A DNA stretch of 32,000 nt from Edaphobacter aggregans (GTDB lineage: Bacteria; Acidobacteriota; Terriglobia; Terriglobales; Acidobacteriaceae): contig NZ_RSDW01000001.1 of NCBI RefSeq assembly GCF_003945235.1, positions 1,020,001 to 1,052,000 of the forward strand, in the 5' to 3' direction. The notes under the pieces are model-generated. The model did no database searches, was not told where the DNA came from, and saw only the letters and a program-made list of their open reading frames with translations. Positions 17,769 through 26,126 of this stretch are shown piece after piece. The stretch's first letter is position 1. Each line of letters opens with the position of its first letter. Made by a program: the position numbers and the translations under genes.

Positions 17769-19091
17769 TCAAAAAAAGGATGCTGCAAGAAAAATCCTGA
17801 TCTGTCGAACAAGCTGAAGTTTCGACATTCGCCAGTAAAGACCGCGCCCAATGGTGTCAACGCTGGCACAACTGTGTGAGGCGAAACGAGAGACCAAGTA
17901 AACGAAGTATTGCAGATAGGGGTGTAGTTCGCGTGATTGCGTCGCTCGATCGCTGACCATTCGAACCAATGGCGTATTCATCCGCGCGAAGTGGGTGGGG
18001 ATTAAAGTTCGTTTAAGCAGTTTTAATTTTGCCATAGGGGATTTCAGAAAGCTCATGTGGAGCCATAGGAAATCCTTATTCATATGCGACATATCTTCAA
18101 TGGAAGACATCGCAAAACGGCGCAACCATTGCCGCTGCAATGATGGCAAACTTTCGATTGCTTTCAGAACGTGTGGGTTGAGATTGCAACCAAACAAAGA
18201 TCGAGCGTAGTAGAAAGCGATTGCCTCACAGGATTGAAGAGTAGCATCATGTGTCTCGGACCAGGCCGCCCAGAAGGTATCATCTTCGGCTCGACGATGA
18301 AGAAAAATAGCCAACTCGTAAACGTGATGAAGGATCGTATCTCGCAGGAAAATATTCCGCAGTATATGAAGAGCAAGATAACCGAGGTTATCGACAGGGG
18401 AAAGAGAAGTAAAGGTAAAACCATCGATGGCCCTCATGGTGCGTCGATCCCAGAAACGGTCGATCGCAGCTACGTGAAAATAGGAAACGGATCGGTTCCA
18501 AAGGCAGAAGTGCAACTCGATGGAAAGTGGCATCTCAGGATCGAATGAATTTTCTCTCCAGCGCCAGTCGCCCATACGATTCATGGTGCGATCATGGTCG
18601 GCGTAGGTGTAGCTCTGTTGGTCGTTCGGGGTGTAACCAATTCCTTGCAAGGCGATTCGCGCGGATTTGATCATCTCTGGTGGACAGTAAAGATCAAGAT
18701 CGGATTGTGCTCGCAGACGCGGGTCTTCAACATAGTCAGGAGCCTGAGTGAATCCCTTAATCACAACATGGTTGACTCCCGCCCTGTCGAGCGCTTCTGC
18801 TGCTTCCCTGTAGGTGGCCTTTACGCGCTCGAAGCGCAAGGCGTTGTCAGCGACGTTCGTCTTGAGCCTTTCGACAACCCACGATGGAAAGCCGTCTTTT
18901 GGAAGCTGTGCAAGCGATAGCGTCAGGTGCCCCAGGTCGCAAAACGCGAGCAGGCTGCCCCACTCATGATCTTCCAACTGCGCCAATGATGCTATATCCG
19001 GTTCGCGCAGATGAAGTGCCCTTATGAGAGCAGCGACCGCTCGAGGGACCTTCAAAGGAGACACGTCAGATGTAATCGTGTGTGCATTCAT
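17769..19091 (-). CDS. Uncharacterised nucleotidyltransferase family protein (NTP_transf_5-like), 440 aa
   Basis: The core VVIKGFTQAPDYVEDPRLRAQSDLDLYCPPEMIKSARIALQGIGY ... SIELHFCLW matches my recollection of the PF14907 pattern (KG...R...D[IL]DL...GY...ELH). Confidence 0.7.
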   Translation of the reverse strand: MNAHTITSDVSPLKVPRAVAALIRALHLREPDIASLAQLEDHEWGSLLAFCDLGHLTLSLAQLPKDGFPSWVVERLKTNVADNALRFERVKATYREAAEALDRAGVNHVVIKGFTQAPDYVEDPRLRAQSDLDLYCPPEMIKSARIALQGIGYTPNDQQSYTYADHDRTMNRMGDWRWRENSFDPEMPLSIELHFCLWNRSVSYFHVAAIDRFWDRRTMRAIDGFTFTSLSPVDNLGYLALHILRNIFLRDTILHHVYELAIFLHRRAEDDTFWAAWSETHDATLQSCEAIAFYYARSLFGCNLNPHVLKAIESLPSLQRQWLRRFAMSSIEDMSHMNKDFLWLHMSFLKSPMAKLKLLKRTLIPTHFARMNTPLVRMVSDRATQSRELHPYLQYFVYLVSRFASHSCASVDTIGRGLYWRMSKLQLVRQIRIFLAASFF

Positions 19092-19210
19092 AGAAGGTCT
19101 ACGCCCTTAAGTGTCAATTTCGGTAGCGCAGGTACAAAGTAGAACGAGAATTTGGTATCGAGGTCGGAGACGACAAGGTTGTGGTCGTCGGCGATACAGT
19201 CGAGCCGCAT
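19088..19210 (-). CDS. Micro-ORF (40 aa, MRLDCIADDHNLVVSDLDTKFSFYFVPALPKLTLKGVDLL); possible precursor peptide or truncated PqqD/RRE-like remnant
   Basis: The ATG lies 4 nt after the cupredoxin stop, and its TGA overlaps the nucleotidyltransferase ATG (ATGA). An alternative upstream ATG at 19252 with GGAAG gives 54 aa. There is no homology evidence. Confidence 0.35.
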   Translation of the reverse strand: MRLDCIADDHNLVVSDLDTKFSFYFVPALPKLTLKGVDLL

Positions 19211-19214
19211 AACC

Positions 19215-19577
19215 CTAGTCCGTGACGTGAACGGTAAAGACCATCGATCCATGGCCGCTTCCGCAAAATCTTCCGCACACCCCATGGAAGTCTCCGGAGC
19301 GATTTGGCGCGACAGTCACATCGACCGGGTGTCCCTTGAGCATTTCTTGCTTGATGTGCAGGTCGGGAACAACAAGACTATGAGCAACATCGTCGGAGAT
19401 CAGTCGAAGTTTGACGGTCTCTCCTTTCTTTAGCCTGATTTCGGCGGGGGAAAAGGCAAACCGATGCGCATGTATCTCGATGGTGCGAATCTGCTCCTGC
19501 GCCAACGATGTTGATGCTTCTCGTATGACAAGACCAAGCATCAACATCGCAGGCAAGACTCTCCGTATCCACTTCAC
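19215..19577 (-). CDS. Secreted cupredoxin-fold protein with CuA-type ligand motif, 120 aa (GTG start)
   Basis: Signal peptide MKWIRRVLPAMLMLGLV...SLAQ. The C-terminal HGVCGRFCGSGHGSM matches H...C-x3-C-x3-H-x2-M copper ligand spacing. AGAGGA lies 7 nt upstream of the GTG. Confidence 0.75.
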   Translation of the reverse strand: MKWIRRVLPAMLMLGLVIREASTSLAQEQIRTIEIHAHRFAFSPAEIRLKKGETVKLRLISDDVAHSLVVPDLHIKQEMLKGHPVDVTVAPNRSGDFHGVCGRFCGSGHGSMVFTVHVTD

Positions 19578-19703
19578 TGTTCAATCCTCTATTTCCGTTT
19601 TCAACCTATCGGTACTTGTTAATCTCTATGGGCCCGGTCGGACAAAGAGACCTTCAGATATGCCGATCGGCTGTCCGACGGTCAAGTAGACTGGCACTCC
19701 AAG

Positions 19704-19719
19704 GACTTCGAACGAAGTC
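19704..19719. promoter_or_regulatory. Inverted repeat GACTTCG-aa-CGAAGTC in the divergent intergenic region (candidate operator)
   Basis: Perfect 7-bp arms at 19704-19710 and 19713-19719. Confidence 0.3.
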
Positions 19720-19761
19720 GAGTATAGGAACTATCGAAACTCGATTTGTCACTGCAATGTC

Positions 19762-19772
19762 GACAATTTGTC
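19762..19772. promoter_or_regulatory. Inverted repeat GACAA-t-TTGTC, with further GACAA/TTGTCA copies nearby (candidate operator)
   Basis: Palindrome at 19762-19772. Related copies are TTGTCA at 19746-19751, CGACAAAGTCG at 19808-19818 and TGACAAAT at 19819-19826. Confidence 0.25.
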
Positions 19773-19840
19773 AAAGTCTTTAGCGTGACGAACTTCGCGC
19801 CAAATCCCGACAAAGTCGTGACAAATAGAACGACGCGGCT

Positions 19841-19855
19841 GGTCAATACTTGACC
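19841..19855. promoter_or_regulatory. Inverted repeat GGTCAA-tac-TTGACC (candidate operator overlapping a -35-like TTGACC)
   Basis: Perfect 6-bp arms at 19841-19846 and 19850-19855. Confidence 0.25.
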
Positions 19856-20110
19856 TGTATTCCTAATTCCATAACGAAGCGCTGAGGCGAGATCAAGAAT
19901 CGTTCACTGGCAGGATGCTCTCAAATAGGCCGAATTGGATTCGGCTTCTGGCGAGTGGTTCATAAACTTCCCAGAGCCCCGGGGAAGGCAATCGTACGAT
20001 ACTTCTGGTCTGTCACGACACAAGGTAACAAAAGACATTCTCCTGATAAGCACCATGAGTCAGAGCTTTAGAGTCGAGTTGCATTTCAACATTTCGGAGA
20101 GACAACAACC

Positions 20111-23100
20111 ATGCTTACCCTGTCACGATGCACGACCGTCGTTACACTGATCAGCGCTCTGGCTGTAACAGCCATGTACGGACAGGCTCCTGGAACCGGC
20201 GCCATAAACGGCCGCGTCTTTGATGCAGCACGATTGCCCATCGTGAACGCGCAGATATTTGTAGTGAACGAATCAACGCACACATCGAGAATAGTTGCTA
20301 CCACTGCTGAAGGCTTCTTTTCGGCGCCTCTGCTTACCCCGGGATCTTATTCGGTGACAGTGCAACAACCCGGCTTTGAAGGGAAAGAAGCACAGAAAAT
20401 TCTCGTAGCAGTGGGGGAGATAACTTCACTTGCGTTCACTTTATCGGTCGCGCAACACCATGAGACTGTGCAGGTGAACGCGGATGTAGAACTTGTGCAG
20501 GCGCAGAGCGCGACCCTGGGCCGCTCCGTAGATGACCGGGCCATCCAGGCCTTGCCTCTCGCAAATCGCAACTTCACGCAGATTCTTTCGCTTTCTCCAG
20601 GAGTCATTGTCTCGCTGCCCGATGCCACAACTCTTGGACGGGGCACCCAGAACGTCGCTACCAACGGAAATAAAACGACAGCCAACAATATTCAGTTCAA
20701 TGGCATTGATGCCAACAATCTTTCGCAAAACTCTGCTGAGAGCGACGGCGAAGAAGTGGGTGTCGCTGTTCCAGCCCCCGACTCCATTCAGGAGTTCAAG
20801 GTACAGACTGCAAATTACGATGCCACGTATGGCCGTGGTACCGGTGCAAACGTAGATTTGGTGAGCAAGGCTGGAACAAATCAGTTTCACGGCAGTGCAT
20901 GGGAGTTCATTCGAAATGACATCTTCAACGCCAACACGTTTTTTCTAAAGCGTTCCGGCCAACCTCGCCCGGTGCTCAAGCAGAACCAATTCGGGGTCTC
21001 GCTCGGTGGCCCGATTTTCAAAGACAAGACCTTTTTCTTTGCCGCCTATCAAGGACTCCGCTCCAGCAATGGCCTTGGCAACACTTCGACTGTTTTTCTA
21101 CCGCAGTTGACCTCCGATCGATCCGCCGCGACGCTTGGAGCTGAGTTCTGCTCGTCGGGGCCGACGAACGCTGGCGGAACGCAACTGGCCTGTGATGGCT
21201 CCAACATTAATCCTGTAGCGCTGAAACTGCTCAATTTCAAATTCTCGAATGGCCAGTTCGCTGTGCCGGCTCCGCAGATACTGCTTCCGGAAACTCCCGG
21301 ACAGACACCTATCGGCCAAAGTACATTCTCGATCCCGGCAACCTATAAGGAGGACCAGTTCACCGGAAATCTGGATCAGACGATTGCCGCCAAGGATCAG
21401 GTGATGGCCCGATTCTTTTACTCCCACGCTCCTACGATTCAACCATTCTCTTCAAATGCTGCGAATTTACCTGGATGGGGAACAAATGAGCTAGATCAAA
21501 ACGCCATGCTGGTTCTGGGATACACCCATGTCTTTAATTCGAACATGGTGAATCTCGCGCGGTTTGGCTATATGCGCTTCGATGGAATCGCGTCCATTGC
21601 CGCTCCCATCTCGACCGCCGATATTGGAACTCAGTCGCCTTTGGGTGTCTCAAGTACGAACGTTACCGCGCCCTACATCAGTGTCAATGGGTTATTCATT
21701 GTTGGCGCAATAACCCCTTTTCAAGACCAAGTCACCAACACGTTTGTCTGGCAGAATACGCTTTCGATGACGAGCGGGCGCCATTCTCTGCGCATCGGTG
21801 TCGAAGCAAAACATCATCAGGTCATGGTGAACCCGCCATTCGGCATTGCAGGTGCCATAGAGACGCGGACCTTCAATGATTTTCTGCTTGGTCAGAGTGC
21901 CGCGCAGAATGGGAGCCCGAACGGACTCAGCAATGTGCAATTGAGTAATGGCGCTTCAGGAATCTTTCGAAGGGATGAACGTTACAACGATTTAGCCGCA
22001 TTTGTGCAGGATGACATTCGTCTCTCCTCACGGGTATCCATCTTTGCTGGCATACGATACGAGATCTTCGGTGCTCCTACAGAGGAAAACGGACGACTTG
22101 CGATCTTCGATCCCTCTATAGCGTCACCCACCGCGCCTCCAAGTGGAACTTTCAGCGGGTTTGCAGTTACGAACAACTTTCCGGGCGCCATACCTGATGG
22201 CGTCCTTCGTCTGAATCGCAATGGCCTATGGCCTAACAACTACTTCAATATTTCACCGCGAATAGGCTTTGCTGTTCGGCTTACAGATAGGCCAACAATC
22301 TTGGTACGCGGTGGTTATGGAATCTACTTCGATCGATTATCGGCGGGGCTAGTAGAGAACCTGGTAAATCAACCTCCATTCGCACTAACACAAACTCTCT
22401 CAGATGCACAGAATGGCGCCGCAACTGAACAGCAGCCATTCAATCCGATACTGCCTCCAACGAGCAGTTATCCAATCTTCATGCCGCGCGTCCCGGGCGG
22501 AGCTCAGTCACTCTTTCAGGTTGACCCCAACGTTACCGATCCTTACACGCAGGAATACAACCTGAACATCCAGTCCTCATTCGCTCGCGACTATCTGTTT
22601 GAAGTGGGCTATGTGGGAACTCGCTCGCTGCATATTCCTGGAGGGGTCGAATTCAATCAGGCTCTCCTTGCAAGCCCTCAACATCCAATCAATGGAGAAA
22701 CTACAAATACCGTTGCTAATATCACGAACCGTTTACCCTTTGATGGCGTAAGCACTGGGTCGATTATCTTTCAAACCCGGTTTCCATCGAACTTCAACTC
22801 ACTGCAGACGAGTCTCACCAAACGCATCAGTCATGGCTTACAGTTTCTCGCCGGCTACACGTGGTCGAAGAGTATGGACGAGACGAGCGGCACTGGAGGC
22901 AGCGAAGTCTTTGAAGAGTGGCTGTTATCGAACGATCAGAACAACCCTCGACAGGCCTATGGCCCCACAGATTTTGATCGCACCCATCGCTTCGTATTCA
23001 GTCTTGTCTATCAAACACCATCTTTTTCTTCAGCCCCCCGCCTGACTCGAAATATATTGGGCAACTGGCAGGCATCGGCAATTGCCGTTGCACAGTCGGG

Positions 23101-23542
23101 ATCAGCCCTGACAATTCTGGACAGCAACGCGGGACTGGTCTATGGGAACTTTGAAAACCGCGCGCAGAGACCTACTTCCAATCCATTAACACCGGGTTCG
23201 GTCTACGATCGCGCGTTGGGGCACTATCTGGATGCCAACGCGTTCCCTTCCGCTCCCATGGCTCCCAACGGAGTAACAGCGTCGGATACAGATTTCGGCA
23301 ACAGCAGTACTGGCTTCTTGCGCGGCCCCGGCCAGCGCAATCTCGATCTGGCGCTGGAACGTTCCTTCCCGATCTTTGAACGGATGACCTTTCACTTCCG
23401 CACGGAGTTCTTCAATATTACGAACACCCCTAACTTTGCGAATCCGAACAACAATCTCAGCTCAGGTCAGGCATTCGGAACAATAACTGGCACTTCAAAT
23501 AATCCACGCATCATTCAGTTTGCGGGAAAAATCCTCTTCTAG
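20111..23542 (+). CDS. TonB-dependent outer-membrane receptor with N-terminal carboxypeptidase-regulatory-like domain, 1143 aa
   Basis: Signal peptide, then GAINGRVFDAARLPIVNAQIFVVNE...GSYSVTVQQPGFE (CarboxypepD_reg-like). Plug-like motifs follow (LPLANRNFTQILSLSPGV). A long beta-barrel region ends in the terminal aromatic ...QFAGKILF. Confidence 0.88.
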   Translation: MLTLSRCTTVVTLISALAVTAMYGQAPGTGAINGRVFDAARLPIVNAQIFVVNESTHTSRIVATTAEGFFSAPLLTPGSYSVTVQQPGFEGKEAQKILVAVGEITSLAFTLSVAQHHETVQVNADVELVQAQSATLGRSVDDRAIQALPLANRNFTQILSLSPGVIVSLPDATTLGRGTQNVATNGNKTTANNIQFNGIDANNLSQNSAESDGEEVGVAVPAPDSIQEFKVQTANYDATYGRGTGANVDLVSKAGTNQFHGSAWEFIRNDIFNANTFFLKRSGQPRPVLKQNQFGVSLGGPIFKDKTFFFAAYQGLRSSNGLGNTSTVFLPQLTSDRSAATLGAEFCSSGPTNAGGTQLACDGSNINPVALKLLNFKFSNGQFAVPAPQILLPETPGQTPIGQSTFSIPATYKEDQFTGNLDQTIAAKDQVMARFFYSHAPTIQPFSSNAANLPGWGTNELDQNAMLVLGYTHVFNSNMVNLARFGYMRFDGIASIAAPISTADIGTQSPLGVSSTNVTAPYISVNGLFIVGAITPFQDQVTNTFVWQNTLSMTSGRHSLRIGVEAKHHQVMVNPPFGIAGAIETRTFNDFLLGQSAAQNGSPNGLSNVQLSNGASGIFRRDERYNDLAAFVQDDIRLSSRVSIFAGIRYEIFGAPTEENGRLAIFDPSIASPTAPPSGTFSGFAVTNNFPGAIPDGVLRLNRNGLWPNNYFNISPRIGFAVRLTDRPTILVRGGYGIYFDRLSAGLVENLVNQPPFALTQTLSDAQNGAATEQQPFNPILPPTSSYPIFMPRVPGGAQSLFQVDPNVTDPYTQEYNLNIQSSFARDYLFEVGYVGTRSLHIPGGVEFNQALLASPQHPINGETTNTVANITNRLPFDGVSTGSIIFQTRFPSNFNSLQTSLTKRISHGLQFLAGYTWSKSMDETSGTGGSEVFEEWLLSNDQNNPRQAYGPTDFDRTHRFVFSLVYQTPSFSSAPRLTRNILGNWQASAIAVAQSGSALTILDSNAGLVYGNFENRAQRPTSNPLTPGSVYDRALGHYLDANAFPSAPMAPNGVTASDTDFGNSSTGFLRGPGQRNLDLALERSFPIFERMTFHFRTEFFNITNTPNFANPNNNLSSGQAFGTITGTSNNPRIIQFAGKILF

Positions 23543-23543
23543 C

Positions 23544-24599
23544 ATGCAAAAACACTCGCGAAACGGTAGAGAAGAACAGCGGTTGCTGACAATTCCAGAA
23601 ATCGAAGCTATATACGCAAGGTCGGAGCTGATACCTCCCACCGATCCTGTCTATGCTCGAATGGAGTTCCCCTTCAAGAGAAGGTTTTATCCACTCGGAT
23701 TTCCAGTAGATATATCTACGAATACGGAGGAGGTATTAGAGGCTGCCGCGCAGAGTTGGGCAACCTTCACAGAGGCCTTTCAGACTCCGCCCATCCGAAT
23801 CCAGATAGGCGTTATGGAAGGACTCTCTTCCGAGTGTCCTCCAGCACCAACGTGCCGGGTACAACAACATCTCTTTTCGTACGTTGCCGATCAAGAAAAC
23901 TTTGGCATGAATGATATGGCTCGCGGCTTTTCCTGTATCTGGCTGACGGAAGCGGCAGTGAGACACCGTAGTTACTTACGGCATTTCTTTCTCGATTGTG
24001 CGGTCTTTTGCCAGATTGCGACGCGATGCGCAACTGGAGTGCACGCAGCTTGCGTGATCCGCGACGGCATCGGAGTACTGTTGTGCGGCGACTCCGGCGC
24101 TGGGAAATCGACGCTGTCTTATGCCTGCGCCAAAGCTGGCTGGACCTACGTGACAGATGATCTGAGTTTTGTAATTCATGACCGCGACGACCGTTTGGTG
24201 TCAGGTAACTGCCATCAGTTACGTTTCCGACCATCCGCGGGCTCGATCTTCCCGGAGATTGAAGGCCGCGAGATCACGCAGCGCGCGGAAGTTGGCAAGC
24301 CATCGATTGAGTTAGGGGCAACGGCATTGCAAAACATAGACCGATCCCAGACAACCGAAATTAAATACGTAGTCTTCCTGAATCGGCGAGATGGCAACAA
24401 CGCGGCAATCAGGCCCTACTCAAAAGAAATCGCCAGGCATTTCATAGGACAAGGGCGATTCAGCCCACTGGATTTGATGCCTCGACATTACGAGGCTATT
24501 GACAGACTCCTTCAGGCGGACGTCCTGGAACTGCGCTATCGCGATCTCGATTGGGCGATTGAACAACTCGAAGCACTGGTGGAGACCGCGCGTCCATGA
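23544..24599 (+). CDS. HPr kinase/phosphorylase-like P-loop kinase (stand-alone HprK C-terminal-like domain plus unknown ~180-aa N-terminal domain), 351 aa
   Basis: VHAACVIRDGIGVLLCGDSGAGKSTLSYACAKAGWTYVTDD matches the HprK/P catalytic core pattern (HG-V-x-G-GVL-x-G-SG-GKS-x-L-G-LV-DD). The ATG is 1 nt after the receptor stop, and the TGA overlaps the MFS ATG. Confidence 0.75.
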   Translation: MQKHSRNGREEQRLLTIPEIEAIYARSELIPPTDPVYARMEFPFKRRFYPLGFPVDISTNTEEVLEAAAQSWATFTEAFQTPPIRIQIGVMEGLSSECPPAPTCRVQQHLFSYVADQENFGMNDMARGFSCIWLTEAAVRHRSYLRHFFLDCAVFCQIATRCATGVHAACVIRDGIGVLLCGDSGAGKSTLSYACAKAGWTYVTDDLSFVIHDRDDRLVSGNCHQLRFRPSAGSIFPEIEGREITQRAEVGKPSIELGATALQNIDRSQTTEIKYVVFLNRRDGNNAAIRPYSKEIARHFIGQGRFSPLDLMPRHYEAIDRLLQADVLELRYRDLDWAIEQLEALVETARP

Positions 24600-25888
24600 T
24601 TCCGGAGCGAACGGTGCACAAGGCTTCTGGTCGCGATCTCTCCCTATGGCAGCGCGCACAATCTCGCCTGCGGCACTTGCACAGTGGCTTCTGGACCTTA
24701 TATGCATCGTCATTTCTGATTGACCTCGGGCTTTGTCTTTATCTCTTCATGTTCAGCCTCTTTTTGGTGGAACATCACTTCACAGAGCGAGTCATCGGAT
24801 ACATCACTGCGGCTTTGACAATCGGCACCCTAGCCGGCACAGTGCCAAGCAGTCTCCTGGCAAAACGTCTGGGACTGCGGACCATGTTGGTGGTGTATAT
24901 CATCGCTGTTCCTCTGTGTTTTGCATCGCGTGTTTTCCTTCTACAGATGCCGGCACAGTTGTGGTTAGCATTCCTGAGCGGAATGGCGATGAGCATTTGG
25001 TCCGTATGCTTTTCTCCAACGCTTGCAAAACTAACAACGCACGAAAACAGAGCATTCGGTTTCAGCATATTTGTCGCTACAGGAATAGGCGCAAGTGCGC
25101 TGGCGGGGTTACTCGGCGGTTATCTTCCTGATCAGTTCCAGCGTCTCGGCCGAGCAGGTTCTCAAGTGGATGGAATCAGAATCGTACTGTTGCTGGCCTG
25201 CATCATCCTCGCTCTTGCCTTGTTTACGATACTCAAACTGCATTTACGTTTGGATGAAACCGGGCAGACGAGCGGCAAGGTGTTCAGCGGATTCCTTCTG
25301 CGCTTTCTGGTAGCCATTGCAGTTTGGAACTTCGCACTAAATTTCTTTACACCCTTTGCAAATGTTTATCTCTCAAGGCATCTTGGCCTTCCGGTGACGC
25401 GTATCGGAGCAATATTTTCGTCTTCCCAGCTGATGCAGGTGGCCGTCATCCTGATGGCTCCTCTTCTTTACCGCAGGGTGGGGCTTGTCACTGGACTTGC
25501 AATAACACAACTGGCCACCGCTTCGTTGCTTTGGGGACTTTCGCGGGCATCTGGACTGACGATCGCACCCTACATCTATCTGCTATTAGCATCGGTGCAA
25601 TGGACTGCTGGCCCTGGAATTGCTTCACTCTTAATGAATCGCACACCCGAGAAGCACAGAAGCCAGGCTACCGCGATCCAGAATATTGTGAATCTGGCAA
25701 CGCAAGCGGGCTCTGCGGCGCTAGCCGGAAAACTTTTTGAGCAATATGGATATTCCAGGCCGCTCGCAGCAAATGCAGGAATAGCCGTTCTGGCTGCCGT
25801 CCTGCTGTACACGCTGCTTGGGCGGAATAATCGAAATCATCGCATGGCGCAGACAGTATTGATGGAAAGCTCAGAAGTCCGGCCCTAA
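24596..25888 (+). CDS. MFS transporter, 430 aa
   Basis: About 12 hydrophobic helices, an MFS-like loop motif (LLAKRLGLRTML) and a central hydrophilic loop. The ATG overlaps the kinase stop (ATGA). Confidence 0.8.
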   Translation: MIPERTVHKASGRDLSLWQRAQSRLRHLHSGFWTLYASSFLIDLGLCLYLFMFSLFLVEHHFTERVIGYITAALTIGTLAGTVPSSLLAKRLGLRTMLVVYIIAVPLCFASRVFLLQMPAQLWLAFLSGMAMSIWSVCFSPTLAKLTTHENRAFGFSIFVATGIGASALAGLLGGYLPDQFQRLGRAGSQVDGIRIVLLLACIILALALFTILKLHLRLDETGQTSGKVFSGFLLRFLVAIAVWNFALNFFTPFANVYLSRHLGLPVTRIGAIFSSSQLMQVAVILMAPLLYRRVGLVTGLAITQLATASLLWGLSRASGLTIAPYIYLLLASVQWTAGPGIASLLMNRTPEKHRSQATAIQNIVNLATQAGSAALAGKLFEQYGYSRPLAANAGIAVLAAVLLYTLLGRNNRNHRMAQTVLMESSEVRP

Positions 25889-25938
25889 AGACCACAAAAA
25901 AACACGTTTAACCACTCGTAGATTGTGCGCGGCGACGA

Positions 25939-25972
25939 AAGCCGAGACCAGTGCCAGCGCACGTCTCGGCTT
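25939..25972 (+). terminator. Stem-loop downstream of the MFS gene (possible terminator, no U-tract)
   Basis: 10-bp perfect stem AAGCCGAGAC (25939-25948) / GTCTCGGCTT (25963-25972) with a 14-nt loop, 51 nt after the stop at 25888. Confidence 0.35.
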
Positions 25973-26126
25973 ACGGTCGATAGCGGCACGTTCATCTCAA
26001 AACGCAAGTGACAATCAATTGACAAAAAACAGACTCTTAGAGAACACATCCGAAGACGCGTATCGCTAATGTAATGCTATGCAGCGATCGATACTGAGCT
26101 TCTCTTTTCTAAATAGGATGCGGACT

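Noticed and set aside
20055-20150. 31-aa ORF (MSQSFRVELHFNISERQQPCLPCHDARPSLH) considered as a precursor peptide for the kinase/nucleotidyltransferase locus
   Set aside because: It has no SD, overlaps the receptor start codon out of frame, and runs into the receptor signal-peptide coding region. It is more likely chance.
17769-25888. Canonical lasso-peptide biosynthetic gene cluster
   Set aside because: The locus has no asparagine-synthetase-like lasso cyclase, no transglutaminase-like leader peptidase, no full-length RRE and no ABC exporter. Flanking genes belong to unrelated operons. Only the accessory-type enzymes are present.
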